Assembly: GCF_000281045.1 (NCBI RefSeq)
Contig: NW_008246084.1
Coordinates: forward strand, 749,824 to 803,178
DNA length: 53,355 nucleotides
From: Saprolegnia diclina VS20
Taxonomy: Eukaryota
Direction: 5' to 3'
Below the pieces are notes generated by a model. That model was not told the origin of the DNA. It made no database searches and saw only the letters and a program-made list of their open reading frames with translations. Both the position numbers and the translations under genes were made by a program. Of this stretch, positions 23,795 through 34,209 are shown in pieces (the first letter of the stretch is position 1; every line of letters starts with the position of its first letter).

Positions 23795-24445
23795 GGAGGA
23801 GGCAGCCAAATGCACACTGCCGCTCACGGTTGTGGTGCGGCCGAGCAGCAAGAATGTGCCAGGAATGTTTTCTGAATGACAGGCAAAACCACCACACGGC
23901 GGTTCCATCATCGCGGTTGGGTGACGCTTGGTACCAAGCGCCTCCATATTCGAGTACGCCATATTCCCGGCTAACAATAAGCACTGAATGAGGAGTGAAC
24001 CGGGCGACTCCACCACGGCCCGACGACATGATGGCTTTGGGATGGGTCATCTGATGTGAAAAACTGGATCCGACTATCTTCACAGCGCGTTCGACGACGC
24101 CTCGCATTGCGCCAGAATGCTCTCAACAATCTCTGTCCGTCGGGTCGTCCCAAATGCCGACGACCTTTCGTGAAGGCTCTAAGCACAAGAGTTCTTATAC
24201 CGGGCCCGCTCGTGCAGGATGGTCAATCTAAAATAGGATAATTGTGGTCTATCTAAATAGGACATTTGTGTACATATCATTCCCTACGGTCCTCACGGGA
24301 CCGATATCGATGTTTGCTGTGGCATGAAACCCCGGGCCCATCTCGTTGATACTGGTGGGAGCGAGACAGCGTCGTACACGCGTGTACATTGGCCAATGAT
24401 TCGGTCCATACGTATACAATGTACAGAGTGTCCATAAGGCTCTTT

Positions 24446-25486
24446 CTACAGCAGCGAGAGAACTCGCCGCGATCGGGACTTGCGGCGCGAGCGCGGTGTC
24501 GAGGCGCGGCGAAGCGGTGTGGTCGGGGCCGGCGAAAATGGTGCGTCGGACGATCGTCCATCGTCTTGCCGCTGCAGCCGACACCGACGGTCTCGCAGGG
24601 AGGCCAGTGGTACAGTGACGACCGAGTCACACAGCAGCTTGAGCTGCACCTACAGACGTACACTGTCGCCGCGTGCTCGAGATGGAGAGGGGTCGCGTAC
24701 CGCGGTCTCATTCGCGGACGCAATTTCACCGTAAAAATCTTCCTAGTCGCACTAGCATAAGACTTGTACAGACGACTATCGCCTACGTTGGCCAGCGCTG
24801 AGTGGAGCACGATAGCGTCGCCGACGCGATATGGCTGCTCGCAGATGTGCAACGTCTTGTGCATCGCATCCCAAAAGCATTCTTCGGCTACGCTAGCATG
24901 AGCCATCGCATGCATGGAATGCGCAGTACGTACGCGAAGATGCGTCCATCGCGACCTGAGCGGCCTGCCATGCATCGCGCGTGGTTTGGAGCTGGGCGAC
25001 GATCGTGGACGTGCTGGGCTGGACCGCGGCAATATGCTCGAGGTTGAAGAGCCGGCGCTTCTCGTCGAGGGTACGATCCAAGGCCGCTTCGAGCTCGCTA
25101 TTTGACAAAGTCTTTCCGATAGGCAGAGGCAGCGCCGTGTTGTCGATGGCACATGTGTCCAGCTCGTCGTGGGATGGCGGCGGCGTGCGCAGCGCACGCT
25201 CCATGGCCTGGGCGTAGACTTCATCCAGCTGCTGCAGGTCGAACGCGAGCAGCTCAGCGCTGTTCTTCTCGAGGAGATCGCGCCGGAGCCGTGCAAGGTC
25301 GAGGCGCGACTGCTTCTCCGCCGCAAATGCCTGCACCTGCTCCACGTACTCTGGCAGCGTACCGTCTTCGAGCTGGGCGAGTCGCACCTCCAGTGCACGT
25401 ATGCTCTCTTCATAGAGCTCCCGCTCCATGAGGAGGTAGTCATGGTCGGTCATCTTCCGGTCCACGTCCTTGGTCGCTGCTGCCAT
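24446..25486 (-). CDS. Sds3/BRMS1-like coiled-coil protein (Sin3-HDAC subunit family), multi-exon
   Basis: RELYEESIRALEVRLAQLEDGTLPEYVEQV...KQSRLDLA resembles the Sds3-like coiled coil. Continues through intron-separated frames to a stop at 24446. Confidence 0.6.
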
Positions 25487-25906
25487 CGCAGCTTGTTGTT
25501 TGTATTCGGCAGATGCCGACACCAAAGAATTATTATATTCGGCACACGTGCCGAATACAACACAACGGGGCGCAACGATGATGTGCGAGCTCTTGGGGCA
25601 CGGCCTGGCGCACAGGGCAAATGATGTACTAGATTCTCTGGGCTATTGCAGCTCGGGCTAAATAGTACGAGTTGCATGGGAAAGCCACCTTGCGCTTTTC
25701 TTGCTGTCGGACTATCATGCTGCCACGTAATGCGAAGCCTGCGTCGCAAGCGATGAAGTTTATTGTAATCCTTTCGTACTTGTCAGAGCCGATCCACCCC
25801 CACCGTGAGCGCCTTGAGCTCCCATGTTGGAGGTAGAGCGCAAGCGGAGGACGAGGTCTTGCAGAGTGCAGGGACGCGCTTCGACTTCTTTGCAACACCT
25901 TTCATC

Positions 25907-26045
25907 ACCACAACACCCACGATACAACCGCCACTGCTAGTTGCCACTAGACATGCTGAGGCTACATAGTATCAAGCTCGTTTGCATGCATTGCTCCCGC
26001 CTACCATAGACCCAGCTGCCGTCGGCTCGTGGCTTCTGTCGACGC
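25907..26045. repeat. 139-bp segment containing the uninterrupted target site (copy 1)
   Basis: Identical to 32983-33121; contains CCATAGACCCAGCTG uninterrupted. Confidence 0.9.
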
Positions 26046-26256
26046 NNNNNNNNNNNNNNNNNNNNNNNNNNNNNNNNNNNNNNNNNNNNNNNNNNNNNNN
26101 NNNNNNNNNNNNNNNNNNNNNNNNNNNNNNNNNNNNNNNNNNNNNNNNNNNNNNNNNNNNNNNNNNNNNNNNNNNNNNNNNNNNNNNNNNNNNNNNNNNN
26201 NNNNNNNNNNNNNNNNNNNNNNNNNNNNNNNNNNNNNNNNNNNNNNNNNNNNNNNN
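26046..26256. other. Assembly gap (211 N)
   Basis: Run of n. Confidence 1.
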
Positions 26257-26350
26257 GCGCACGTCTCCGTGCGCCTTTGTGTGGTCCATCCTTCTTCCTC
26301 TTCCTCTCTCCTCTGTTGTGTGCTCCACTAGCCCAGCTGCTAGTTTGTTA

Positions 26351-26362
26351 GGTTATGAGCCC
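26351..26362 (+). promoter_or_regulatory. Primer binding site GGTTATGAGCCC (internal/half tRNA-iMet type)
   Basis: Directly follows the 5' LTR; resembles the copia PBS GGTTATGGGCCC complementary to the tRNA-iMet anticodon arm. Confidence 0.75.
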
Positions 26363-29300
26363 TCATACGCCTTTTTCGAGCACGAGCTCGTCCAGTAGCA
26401 GCTCGGAACCCGATGGGTCGAGGTACGCTCGTTTGGACGGCGCCCACCGTCAGCGCTCTACGCGTGCGCCGCGACAAGGCCAGCAATCGCAGGCAACTTC
26501 TGGTAGTGCGACTTGTCGCTACTGCTGGTTTGCTTTCGGCGAACGCCTTCCTCATTCTACCGACCGCTGCCGCCTTTTGGCGCGCGCATTTTCCAACAAC
26601 CCCGTGCCTAGGGATTTCAAACTCCCTCCGGCGCTCGCAACCTTGCAGCGTGTCCGCCTGCAAGCGCCGTACCCCAAGCGGGACGGTACGCAGAAGCGCA
26701 AGGAGCGGTCCAGCAGCGGTTCCGATCGTCCTCGTGGCAAGCGCCGGGCGCGCCGCCGCAAGGTCGATTCCGATACTTCCTCGGACGACTCGCGCTCTGA
26801 TCGCTCGCGCAAGGTTCGCCGCGACAATCGTCGCGAAGGCCGCCGCGATCGTCGCTCGCGCTCTCAGCAGCGTCGCAGCTCGTCGCGCGCGCGCGATTCC
26901 GTCGCTGGACGCAATGTCGGTCACTCTGACGCGCCCGGCAACGGTAACAATAATATGACTCGTTCGACAGCGTTCGCTGTTTCTTCTTCCTCCTCGAGCC
27001 AGACTCGAGAGTCGCTCTCCGCGACAGCGCTTGTGGTTGCTTCTACGCCCACTACAACAGCGCAGACTGTCGAGCCTCGATCTCCGGTCATGTCTGAAAT
27101 GACACAAACTTTACCCACTCTGGCTTCTCAGCCCGCGACGTCCACGACGTCGGTTGCCTCGCTTGGTGCTACGTCCCACCAGCGCACGGCTCCTGTGGTT
27201 TCTGCGTCGACGGGAAACTCCACTTTCGGGGAGGCTCCTTCGTCGCAAGTGCCCGCTACTGCGGTGCCTGTCGCTGCTTCGACACCGACCTTGCCACCTG
27301 CCTCGACCTCGGTCGAGCGCGCCGATCTAACCGCTTTGTCAAGTGTGAGCTCTGCGGACTCTGATGTGACGCTCCACCCGTGGACGCGCTCGCCGCATCG
27401 GAACCCTGCGCATGTGACGCATGAGCTTCAAAGTGGCCCTTTGCTGCCGCTCGCGCACGAGCTCCCATCGCTCGATTGGCTGCTGTTTTCGGTGCCATCG
27501 CCGCTTGATGGCCCGACGCGTTGTGAAGGCGTCGAGATTTCTCCGCTGGTCATCCAACGTATCGGCAATGAGTATGGCCTGCTCTCGACTGCGACGTCTC
27601 GCGTGACGACGCCGCACGTCTTGTATGACCGGAAGTGGATCATTGACAGTGGCGCATCTGCGCACAGTACACCACATGCCGACTGGTTTGTCCAGTTCTT
27701 GCCTCATGAGTCGCTCCTCCGCGTGGGTGACAACCACGGACTTCGTGTCCGCGGTGTTGGCATGGTCAAGTTTACGGTCGTGGTCGTCGATAGCACTGGT
27801 GCTACGACGTCGCGAGAAGTGACGCTGCGTCAAGTACTCTACGTACCCGAGCTCAAGTTCAACTTGTTCTCGGTCGGCGCGGCCTTCCTCGACCGTCTCA
27901 AACCCGATTTTGGATCGGAGGTGCTCAGCCACCTCATTCTCTTGGACAGCCCCACGGGCCAAGCCATCGAGGCGCCGCGCTCGAGCTCGACGCGTCTTTA
28001 TGCGTTCCCATGCTCGCCGTGCCCTGGGCTCGTCTCGGCCATTGTCGACGATACTACCACGTCGACGCCGTACCACGGCCATCGTGCTATCCTTGCGGTT
28101 GCCCAGAGCATCCAGCATGGTCTTGCTGCTTCTACGACGCAGCGCTTCTCCGACGAGCTCCATGGCTTTCGCAATGGACACGCTCTCTGGAATGGTCCTG
28201 AAGCATCTACTGTTCCTTTCCTTGCGGACATGTACGATGAACCTTCTCCTACGGACATCTCTGACCTACCTCTAGGTTCTCAGGGTGATCACGACACCCC
28301 GGCGGCGCCCAGTAGCGTCCAAGACTACATTAGTCTGGCTGCGGTCAACGACCCCAGTGCCGAAATAAATCATAGTGCTCTTGCCACATTTCGTGTTTTG
28401 AAGCCTCTGCATCGCAGACTTGGCCACATTGGTGACGCAGCCATGCGTACCTTGATTCGCGACCATCCCGAGTTGGAATCGTTTCGTGGCACCGGACGGA
28501 TGCCGTCGCACAGCTGCGATGTGTGCATCCAAGCCAAGTCCAAGCGCTTGCCATTTCCCAAGGACTCGATTACCCCACGTGCGACCGCGCCTCTTGCGCG
28601 CGTCCACACGGATATGTGGGGCCCTATCAAAATCCCGACACCGTCGGGTGCAACGTACTTTGTCGTCTTCATCGACGAAGCGACCCACTACTTGTGGACG
28701 TACCTCTTGCAGACTCGTACTGACATCTACAAGATCTACGAGATTTTTCGCGCTGAAGCGCGCGCTCTTTTCCGCGCGGAGCCTATCGCTCTGGAGTACT
28801 CGGAGTTCTTTGACATCCACCTCCTTCAAGGCGACAACGCGCGCGAGTATGAGAAGCTTGGTCGTATCATCCACGCCAAGTATGGCACTCGCATGGTGTA
28901 TTCCAACGCCTATACGCCTCAGCAGAACGGCGTCGCTGAACGCATGATGGGCACTTCGCTTGCTCGCGTCCGCGCTTTGCTCATCGAGGCGGCCCTCCCT
29001 AAGTTCATGTGGGGCGTTGCGCTTAAGCACGCGACGTACCTCATCAACATTACACCAACAGAAGCTAACGGCGGCCAGACCCCGTACTTCTTGGTGCACA
29101 AGGAACACCCCACACTGCAATACCTGCGTGTGTTTGGCTGTGTTGCCTGGGTCCACGTGCAAATACCTGCGCGCTCGGACAAACTCGACGCACGCGCTTT
29201 GCGCTGCATTTACATTGGCGTTCCTCCGAATCGCCAGGGCTTCCAGTTGATGGTCCCGGAGACTCATCGTCTCATCGACAGTCGCGACGTTATTTTCCGT

Positions 29301-32168
29301 GAAGATGAGTTCTACCCTATCGCGACGATCGAGGCTGCCGCTTTGGCACGCCGTACCACCGATGCGTCGCAGGGCCATCCAAATGGTCCTAAGCCTGCCA
29401 CTGTGGCTTTTCCGCCACCAGTCCCGACCGCGACTTTCCAGTCGTCGGACTCGGCTTCTGCACCTGTGCGTTCGGTCCATGACCTTAGCTCGACTGCGAC
29501 CACTTCCTTGGCACCCATGACCTTGGAAGCGGCTCAACCAGGAGCGGCGCAACAGGCCCTACCTTTAGCGGTCCGTCCGCGGGATGCACCCGTTGTTGAC
29601 GCTATGCGATATGTCTCCGCGATGCCTCAGGGCGTGCAAGCACCACCAGGTCAACCTTCCGTTCGGTCGACTCCTAGTCCCGCGGAGCCTGGCAGTAGTG
29701 TCTTCGCACCAACCCTGGAGGATGCAAGCATCTCTGCGCATACTCGTGGCGATACTGCGCCTACAATCCCGGCTCAGCCGACGCGGCAAAGTACACACGA
29801 CCTACTGCCGGATACCTGTCCTCCGTCTGCAAGACATCCAGGCTCGAGCGCCCACTCGGATGACCGCTGGCCCCGGTCGAGTGGCGACTCTGGCGTCGCT
29901 GGCTCTCAATACTCTTCGACCTCGTCGTTGCAGTCGCATCCGACTCCGCCCTCTACTGCGGATGTTAGCTCTACTCGTCTGCTGCGTGACTCCGGTCTAC
30001 ATAGCACCCAAGCGGTCCCTCCGCTGGTGGCGCAGGAATCAGACACCCACGATCTCCTTGACCCCTCAACGCAACAAGAACCAGTACCTTGGTTCACGTC
30101 CGTTGACGAGATCGGCGATACGGAAACGTACAACATGGCGTTTACGTCGTTCCATTTGCCCCCACTCTCCATTAGGGAGGCCAACATGCTGTGGGCAAAC
30201 TGGGAGGCGACTCGACCTCGACAGACCCGCTACAAATGCGTCTCTTTCGACTCTGCTACTTACGTAGTCTACTTTTCTGAGTCTCAGCCGCCTTCGGCGA
30301 TGCTCAACCCTTTCCGTGCACAATCTGCGCCCATCTACGACGATGAGGACATTCCGTCTGACATGATCGGGCCGCACGCTCTTTCTGCAGTGCACACTGC
30401 ACCTGTGGCAATTCCGCCACCTGAAATCGTCATTCCACTGGCACTCGTCTCGACTTCTACGTCGGACGACCCTGTCGACGTTACCGACGTCCCGGGCTAT
30501 GCGACTCTCGCCAACATGGACGAGTATGGCGATCTCGATGAGACTGTACCCAACACATGGGCCGAAGCTATGCGCAGCCATGAGCGTGAGCACTGGCTCG
30601 CCGCTGCCCACGAGGAGTACCAATCTCTCCTTCGCAACAACACGTGGCGCATGGTCTCGAAGCTCCGTGCCCAGCGCAACGGTCCCGTGACTGTCCTACC
30701 TACGCGGTGGGTGTTCACTCGCAAGCTCAAAGCTGACGGCTCGATCGACCGCTACAAAGCGCGTCTCGTCGTTCAGGGCTTCCGCCAAAAGGCTGGAATC
30801 GACTACGATGAGATTTTCAGCCCCGTCGTGCGCATGGAGGTACTCCGTTTGCTCTTCACGATCGCGGCGCTCGAAAACTACGAAATCATCCAAATGGACG
30901 TGAAAACAGCGTTCCTGAACGGCCTCCTCCCTGAGGACCCGGCCATATTCATCAAGCTCCCCTCGGGCATTCCAACACCAGATCCATCGTTGCTTTGCCA
31001 GCTTCTCAGAGCTCTTTACGGCCTGAAGCAAAGCCCACGCATCTGGTACGAGACCTTCGTCCAGTTCATGGAGTCCATCGGGTTTACCCGTACGCGCAAA
31101 GACCGCTGCGTCTTCACCAAGCGCTACGATGGACGTCTCGTCTACATCAGTCTCTACGTCGATGATCTCTTGATTTTTGCACCCACGCGTGCCATCGCCA
31201 ACGAGATTCGTGCGGTCCTTAAGGCCAAATTCCAGATGAGCGACCTTGGTGATGTCGCCTTCATCCTTGGCTGGCAGATCATCCGTGATCGCCGCAACCG
31301 CACCATCTTCATCCATCAGACAAAGTACATCTCGGAGCTTCTCGCCCGGTACAACTGTCTCGAAGGCCACTGGGCTCCTACGCCACTAGAACCGAACCAG
31401 GACCTATCGTCCGTCAACAAGGACTCGGACCCGAAGCGGGTCGCTACGCTTGCGACGTACATTCCATATCGGTCCGCCGTTGGCTCGCTCATGTACCTCG
31501 TACTTGGCACTCGCCCGGACCTGGCTCATGCTGTCCAACAGCTTAGCCAGTACTTGAATAGTCCTGCACTTGGCCACTACCGTGCCGTGCAACACGTTCT
31601 CGCGTACCTCCGCGGTACACGCACCATGGGCCTTACCCTTGGTGGCCTCTCTGCGAGTTCATCTCCTGCACTCGAGGCATACGTCGACGCTGACTACGCC
31701 AAGTGCATCGACACTCGTCGTTGCATCAGCGGTTATTTCACCCTGTTCTATGGCAGCCCCATTTCGTGGCTCGCCAAGAAGCAACCCACGGTTGCTCTCT
31801 CTACTACCGAGGCGGAGTACACAGCTCTCGCTAGCTGCCTCCAGGAAGGCTTGTACCTAAAGTACCTCCTCCTCGACCTGGGTTACGACCTCAAGGATCC
31901 CATCCCGATCCACGAGGACAACCTCAGCACCATCAAAATCGCCAAGAACCCTGCGTTTCATGGGCGTACCAAGCACATTGACGTCAAGCATTTCTTCGTC
32001 AAAGAGCTCGTTGAAGCTCAGGTCTTCGAAGTGGTCTACTGCCCTTCGCAACAACAAATCGCCGACATTTTCACGAAGGCTCTTCCCAAGGACCAGTTCC
32101 GGTACCTTCGTGAGCGCCTTGGCGTCGGTACTCATGCGACCGACACGACCGCGGCTCCGCGCCGTTAA
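26355..32168 (+). CDS. Copia polyprotein, 1937 aa
   Basis: Protease WIIDSGASAH. Integrase HRRLGH..CDVC, VHTDMWGP, GDNARE, QNGVAER. RT QMDVKTAFLNG, LYGLKQSPR, YVDD. RNase H YVDADYA, STTEAEY, EDN, HIDVKHFF, ADIFTK. Confidence 0.97.
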   Translation: MSPHTPFSSTSSSSSSSEPDGSRYARLDGAHRQRSTRAPRQGQQSQATSGSATCRYCWFAFGERLPHSTDRCRLLARAFSNNPVPRDFKLPPALATLQRVRLQAPYPKRDGTQKRKERSSSGSDRPRGKRRARRRKVDSDTSSDDSRSDRSRKVRRDNRREGRRDRRSRSQQRRSSSRARDSVAGRNVGHSDAPGNGNNNMTRSTAFAVSSSSSSQTRESLSATALVVASTPTTTAQTVEPRSPVMSEMTQTLPTLASQPATSTTSVASLGATSHQRTAPVVSASTGNSTFGEAPSSQVPATAVPVAASTPTLPPASTSVERADLTALSSVSSADSDVTLHPWTRSPHRNPAHVTHELQSGPLLPLAHELPSLDWLLFSVPSPLDGPTRCEGVEISPLVIQRIGNEYGLLSTATSRVTTPHVLYDRKWIIDSGASAHSTPHADWFVQFLPHESLLRVGDNHGLRVRGVGMVKFTVVVVDSTGATTSREVTLRQVLYVPELKFNLFSVGAAFLDRLKPDFGSEVLSHLILLDSPTGQAIEAPRSSSTRLYAFPCSPCPGLVSAIVDDTTTSTPYHGHRAILAVAQSIQHGLAASTTQRFSDELHGFRNGHALWNGPEASTVPFLADMYDEPSPTDISDLPLGSQGDHDTPAAPSSVQDYISLAAVNDPSAEINHSALATFRVLKPLHRRLGHIGDAAMRTLIRDHPELESFRGTGRMPSHSCDVCIQAKSKRLPFPKDSITPRATAPLARVHTDMWGPIKIPTPSGATYFVVFIDEATHYLWTYLLQTRTDIYKIYEIFRAEARALFRAEPIALEYSEFFDIHLLQGDNAREYEKLGRIIHAKYGTRMVYSNAYTPQQNGVAERMMGTSLARVRALLIEAALPKFMWGVALKHATYLINITPTEANGGQTPYFLVHKEHPTLQYLRVFGCVAWVHVQIPARSDKLDARALRCIYIGVPPNRQGFQLMVPETHRLIDSRDVIFREDEFYPIATIEAAALARRTTDASQGHPNGPKPATVAFPPPVPTATFQSSDSASAPVRSVHDLSSTATTSLAPMTLEAAQPGAAQQALPLAVRPRDAPVVDAMRYVSAMPQGVQAPPGQPSVRSTPSPAEPGSSVFAPTLEDASISAHTRGDTAPTIPAQPTRQSTHDLLPDTCPPSARHPGSSAHSDDRWPRSSGDSGVAGSQYSSTSSLQSHPTPPSTADVSSTRLLRDSGLHSTQAVPPLVAQESDTHDLLDPSTQQEPVPWFTSVDEIGDTETYNMAFTSFHLPPLSIREANMLWANWEATRPRQTRYKCVSFDSATYVVYFSESQPPSAMLNPFRAQSAPIYDDEDIPSDMIGPHALSAVHTAPVAIPPPEIVIPLALVSTSTSDDPVDVTDVPGYATLANMDEYGDLDETVPNTWAEAMRSHEREHWLAAAHEEYQSLLRNNTWRMVSKLRAQRNGPVTVLPTRWVFTRKLKADGSIDRYKARLVVQGFRQKAGIDYDEIFSPVVRMEVLRLLFTIAALENYEIIQMDVKTAFLNGLLPEDPAIFIKLPSGIPTPDPSLLCQLLRALYGLKQSPRIWYETFVQFMESIGFTRTRKDRCVFTKRYDGRLVYISLYVDDLLIFAPTRAIANEIRAVLKAKFQMSDLGDVAFILGWQIIRDRRNRTIFIHQTKYISELLARYNCLEGHWAPTPLEPNQDLSSVNKDSDPKRVATLATYIPYRSAVGSLMYLVLGTRPDLAHAVQQLSQYLNSPALGHYRAVQHVLAYLRGTRTMGLTLGGLSASSSPALEAYVDADYAKCIDTRRCISGYFTLFYGSPISWLAKKQPTVALSTTEAEYTALASCLQEGLYLKYLLLDLGYDLKDPIPIHEDNLSTIKIAKNPAFHGRTKHIDVKHFFVKELVEAQVFEVVYCPSQQQIADIFTKALPKDQFRYLRERLGVGTHATDTTAAPRR

Positions 32169-32492
32169 ACGCTTCCTGCGTTGGTCTGCCTATATGTCTG
32201 TGCGTTTTTCTTGTGACACCATCTCTGGGTCACCTTTGTGCGTTGTGTTTTCTGTTCTTCGCCCTTTTTTCTTTTTTTTCCTTTTTCCGTCTCTTGGTCT
32301 CTCGACCTCCGTGCCTCGACACCATGTTCTCCAGGGAGGCTGGTGGTCCCACGGTTTTGACGAGTCATCTTTTCTGCCCCATTACGCATGGGAGCAGTCA
32401 CCTCACGTGTGACGGTTTGTGGACCTCATGGTCCTCATCACTCAGCCTCGTACCTACGAGCCGGCTTCCCCCACATTTGCACTTGGGGAGGC

Positions 32493-32849
32493 TGTCAAGA
32501 TCGCAACTGCAAACGTTGGGATCGCCGACTCGAAGACGTCCGACTCTTCGTTGGTTTTCGGTGGTTTTCTCCAGCCTCTGCCACGTCATTGGCTGTTTCC
32601 ACCGTCAGTAGGCTTTTTCCCCTCATATCAAGTATGAGGGTTTTGCCACTGTAGGAGTTTGTGTCGCAGCTAGTGTGCCCCTCTCGTAATATACGATATC
32701 ACGGGTCGGGTCACTTGGAGCCTTTGGGGCTTCACTTCGATTCCGCCGCCCGACTGCGCACGTCTCCGTGCGCCTTTGTGTGGTCCATCCTTCTTCCTCT
32801 TCCTCTCTCCTCTGTTGTGTGCTCCACTAGCCCAGCTGCTAGTTTGTTA
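32493..32849 (+). repeat. 3' LTR (about 357 bp, TG...TA)
   Basis: Starts TGTCAAG after PPT-like TTGGGGAGGC. The last 94 bp match the 5' LTR remnant. The missing 263 bp is close to the roughly 243 bp between the target site and the end of the 5' gap. Confidence 0.75.
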
Positions 32850-32882
32850 GACCCAGCTGCCGTCGGCTCGTGGCTTCTGTCG

Positions 32883-32982
32883 NNNNNNNNNNNNNNNNNN
32901 NNNNNNNNNNNNNNNNNNNNNNNNNNNNNNNNNNNNNNNNNNNNNNNNNNNNNNNNNNNNNNNNNNNNNNNNNNNNNNNNNN
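32883..32982. other. Assembly gap (100 N)
   Basis: Run of n. Confidence 1.
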
Positions 32983-33121
32983 ACCACAACACCCACGATA
33001 CAACCGCCACTGCTAGTTGCCACTAGACATGCTGAGGCTACATAGTATCAAGCTCGTTTGCATGCATTGCTCCCGCCTACCATAGACCCAGCTGCCGTCG
33101 GCTCGTGGCTTCTGTCGACGC
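32983..33121. repeat. 139-bp segment containing the uninterrupted target site (copy 2)
   Basis: Identical to 25907-26045; a third partial copy (32850-32882) directly follows the 3' LTR. Confidence 0.9.
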
Positions 33122-33708
33122 AGCTCTTTCCTTCGCCCGCAGCCAGCGCTTATTGGACAACGCGCCTCGAGAACACCACTTGCGTGGCGTCATGCTGGCG
33201 TAGGTAAAAATTGTACCTGCAGAGAATAGCATGGAAGCCGGCTTGCTTGTAGCGTTCCCGACTCCGTATTGGCGATGTGGCTGTCGACCTCGATGGCGAC
33301 GGGACGCTGTCCTGCTCTTCGCTCTATAGTGTTGATGCTGGGAGCTCCTTCATATCCCGCGTCTACCTTGGGCCTTCGATCGTCATGCCTGTCGGGACAC
33401 GACGCAGATCTTCTCGTTCTCACGCAACTTCAAGTTGCGCTGCGATTGGTCCCCTTTTGGCCAATCCGATGCGCGTCCAAGAACAAGCGGTCACCAACGC
33501 CGGTGCGGGGAAACCAGGACTTTCTGTTTAAAATCAGGACTTTCGGACCGAGAACATGCAGTAATATAATAAAAAATGGAAGCGCCCCCATCGCCCGTAA
33601 TAAAAGATCGTGGCAAGCGGCTTCTCTTGGCCGTTGCTGAACAGTGGTCGCTCGGTCCATCATCCCCCTCACCCGCTCTGCTCATACGATATGGCAGATA
33701 TGCTCTCC

Positions 33709-33752
33709 AGCAAGCTAGAAAACATAAATAAGCAAGCTAGAAGACATAAATG
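33709..33752 (+). repeat. Two-copy 22-bp tandem repeat
   Basis: AGCAAGCTAGAAAACATAAATA / AGCAAGCTAGAAGACATAAATG. Confidence 0.7.
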
Positions 33753-34209
33753 ACTGCATTTACGTGTCTTTTCATCCTGCGCATGCTGGCCTTCCAAAGT
33801 CACTGCTGCCAAGCAGCTCACCCGTACGGTATGCAGACGCGGATTGCAGAGAAAGTGGCACGGCTACTTCAACTTTGCGTGGTCTCGGCCATCATTCCTC
33901 ACTTCTGCCACGGCGATACAGGCATAAAACGTCCCAGACAATCTTCTTTTCGCGCTCGACGCCACAACTCGACTCTCGCATGCTAGCGTTCCATGCAAGC
34001 ATTGGCTACAGCAGTCGTCGTTGTGCCAAGCTGGGTCGCGATCATGGGTGTCGGGGCTCAGGGTAAACAGGCGCAGGTGCGCCGGCCCGTTCGGATCCGT
34101 TTTTCAAAATTCCAATAAAAATGAAATTCGGACTTGGGTCTGAGTTTCGGTTTTGACAGAAGATCTTCGTTCCTTTTCATTTGCAGATTGACGCCGAAGG
34201 ACGCGCAAG

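Larger units (their letters stand above)
26257..32849 (+). mobile_element. Ty1/copia LTR retrotransposon, apparently intact (5' LTR partly in gap)
   Basis: Visible 5' LTR end 26257-26350 is identical to 32756-32849. PBS at 26351. Single ORF with PR-IN-RT-RH order. Purine tract then TG at 32493. Confidence 0.95.

Noticed and set aside
25907..26045. 139-bp direct repeat as the LTR or as a giant TSD
   Set aside because: The true LTR is defined by the PBS and PPT; this repeat contains the uninterrupted target site and abuts gaps.
32333..32345. Alternative PPT/LTR start (AGGGAGGC-TGG)
   Set aside because: Would need about 415 bp hidden in the 5' gap versus about 243 bp available; 32493 fits better, though gap sizes are estimates.
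33121..33430. Possible minus-strand spliced gene interrupted by the copia
   Set aside because: Some GT-AG-like signals exist but I could not build a convincing open frame.
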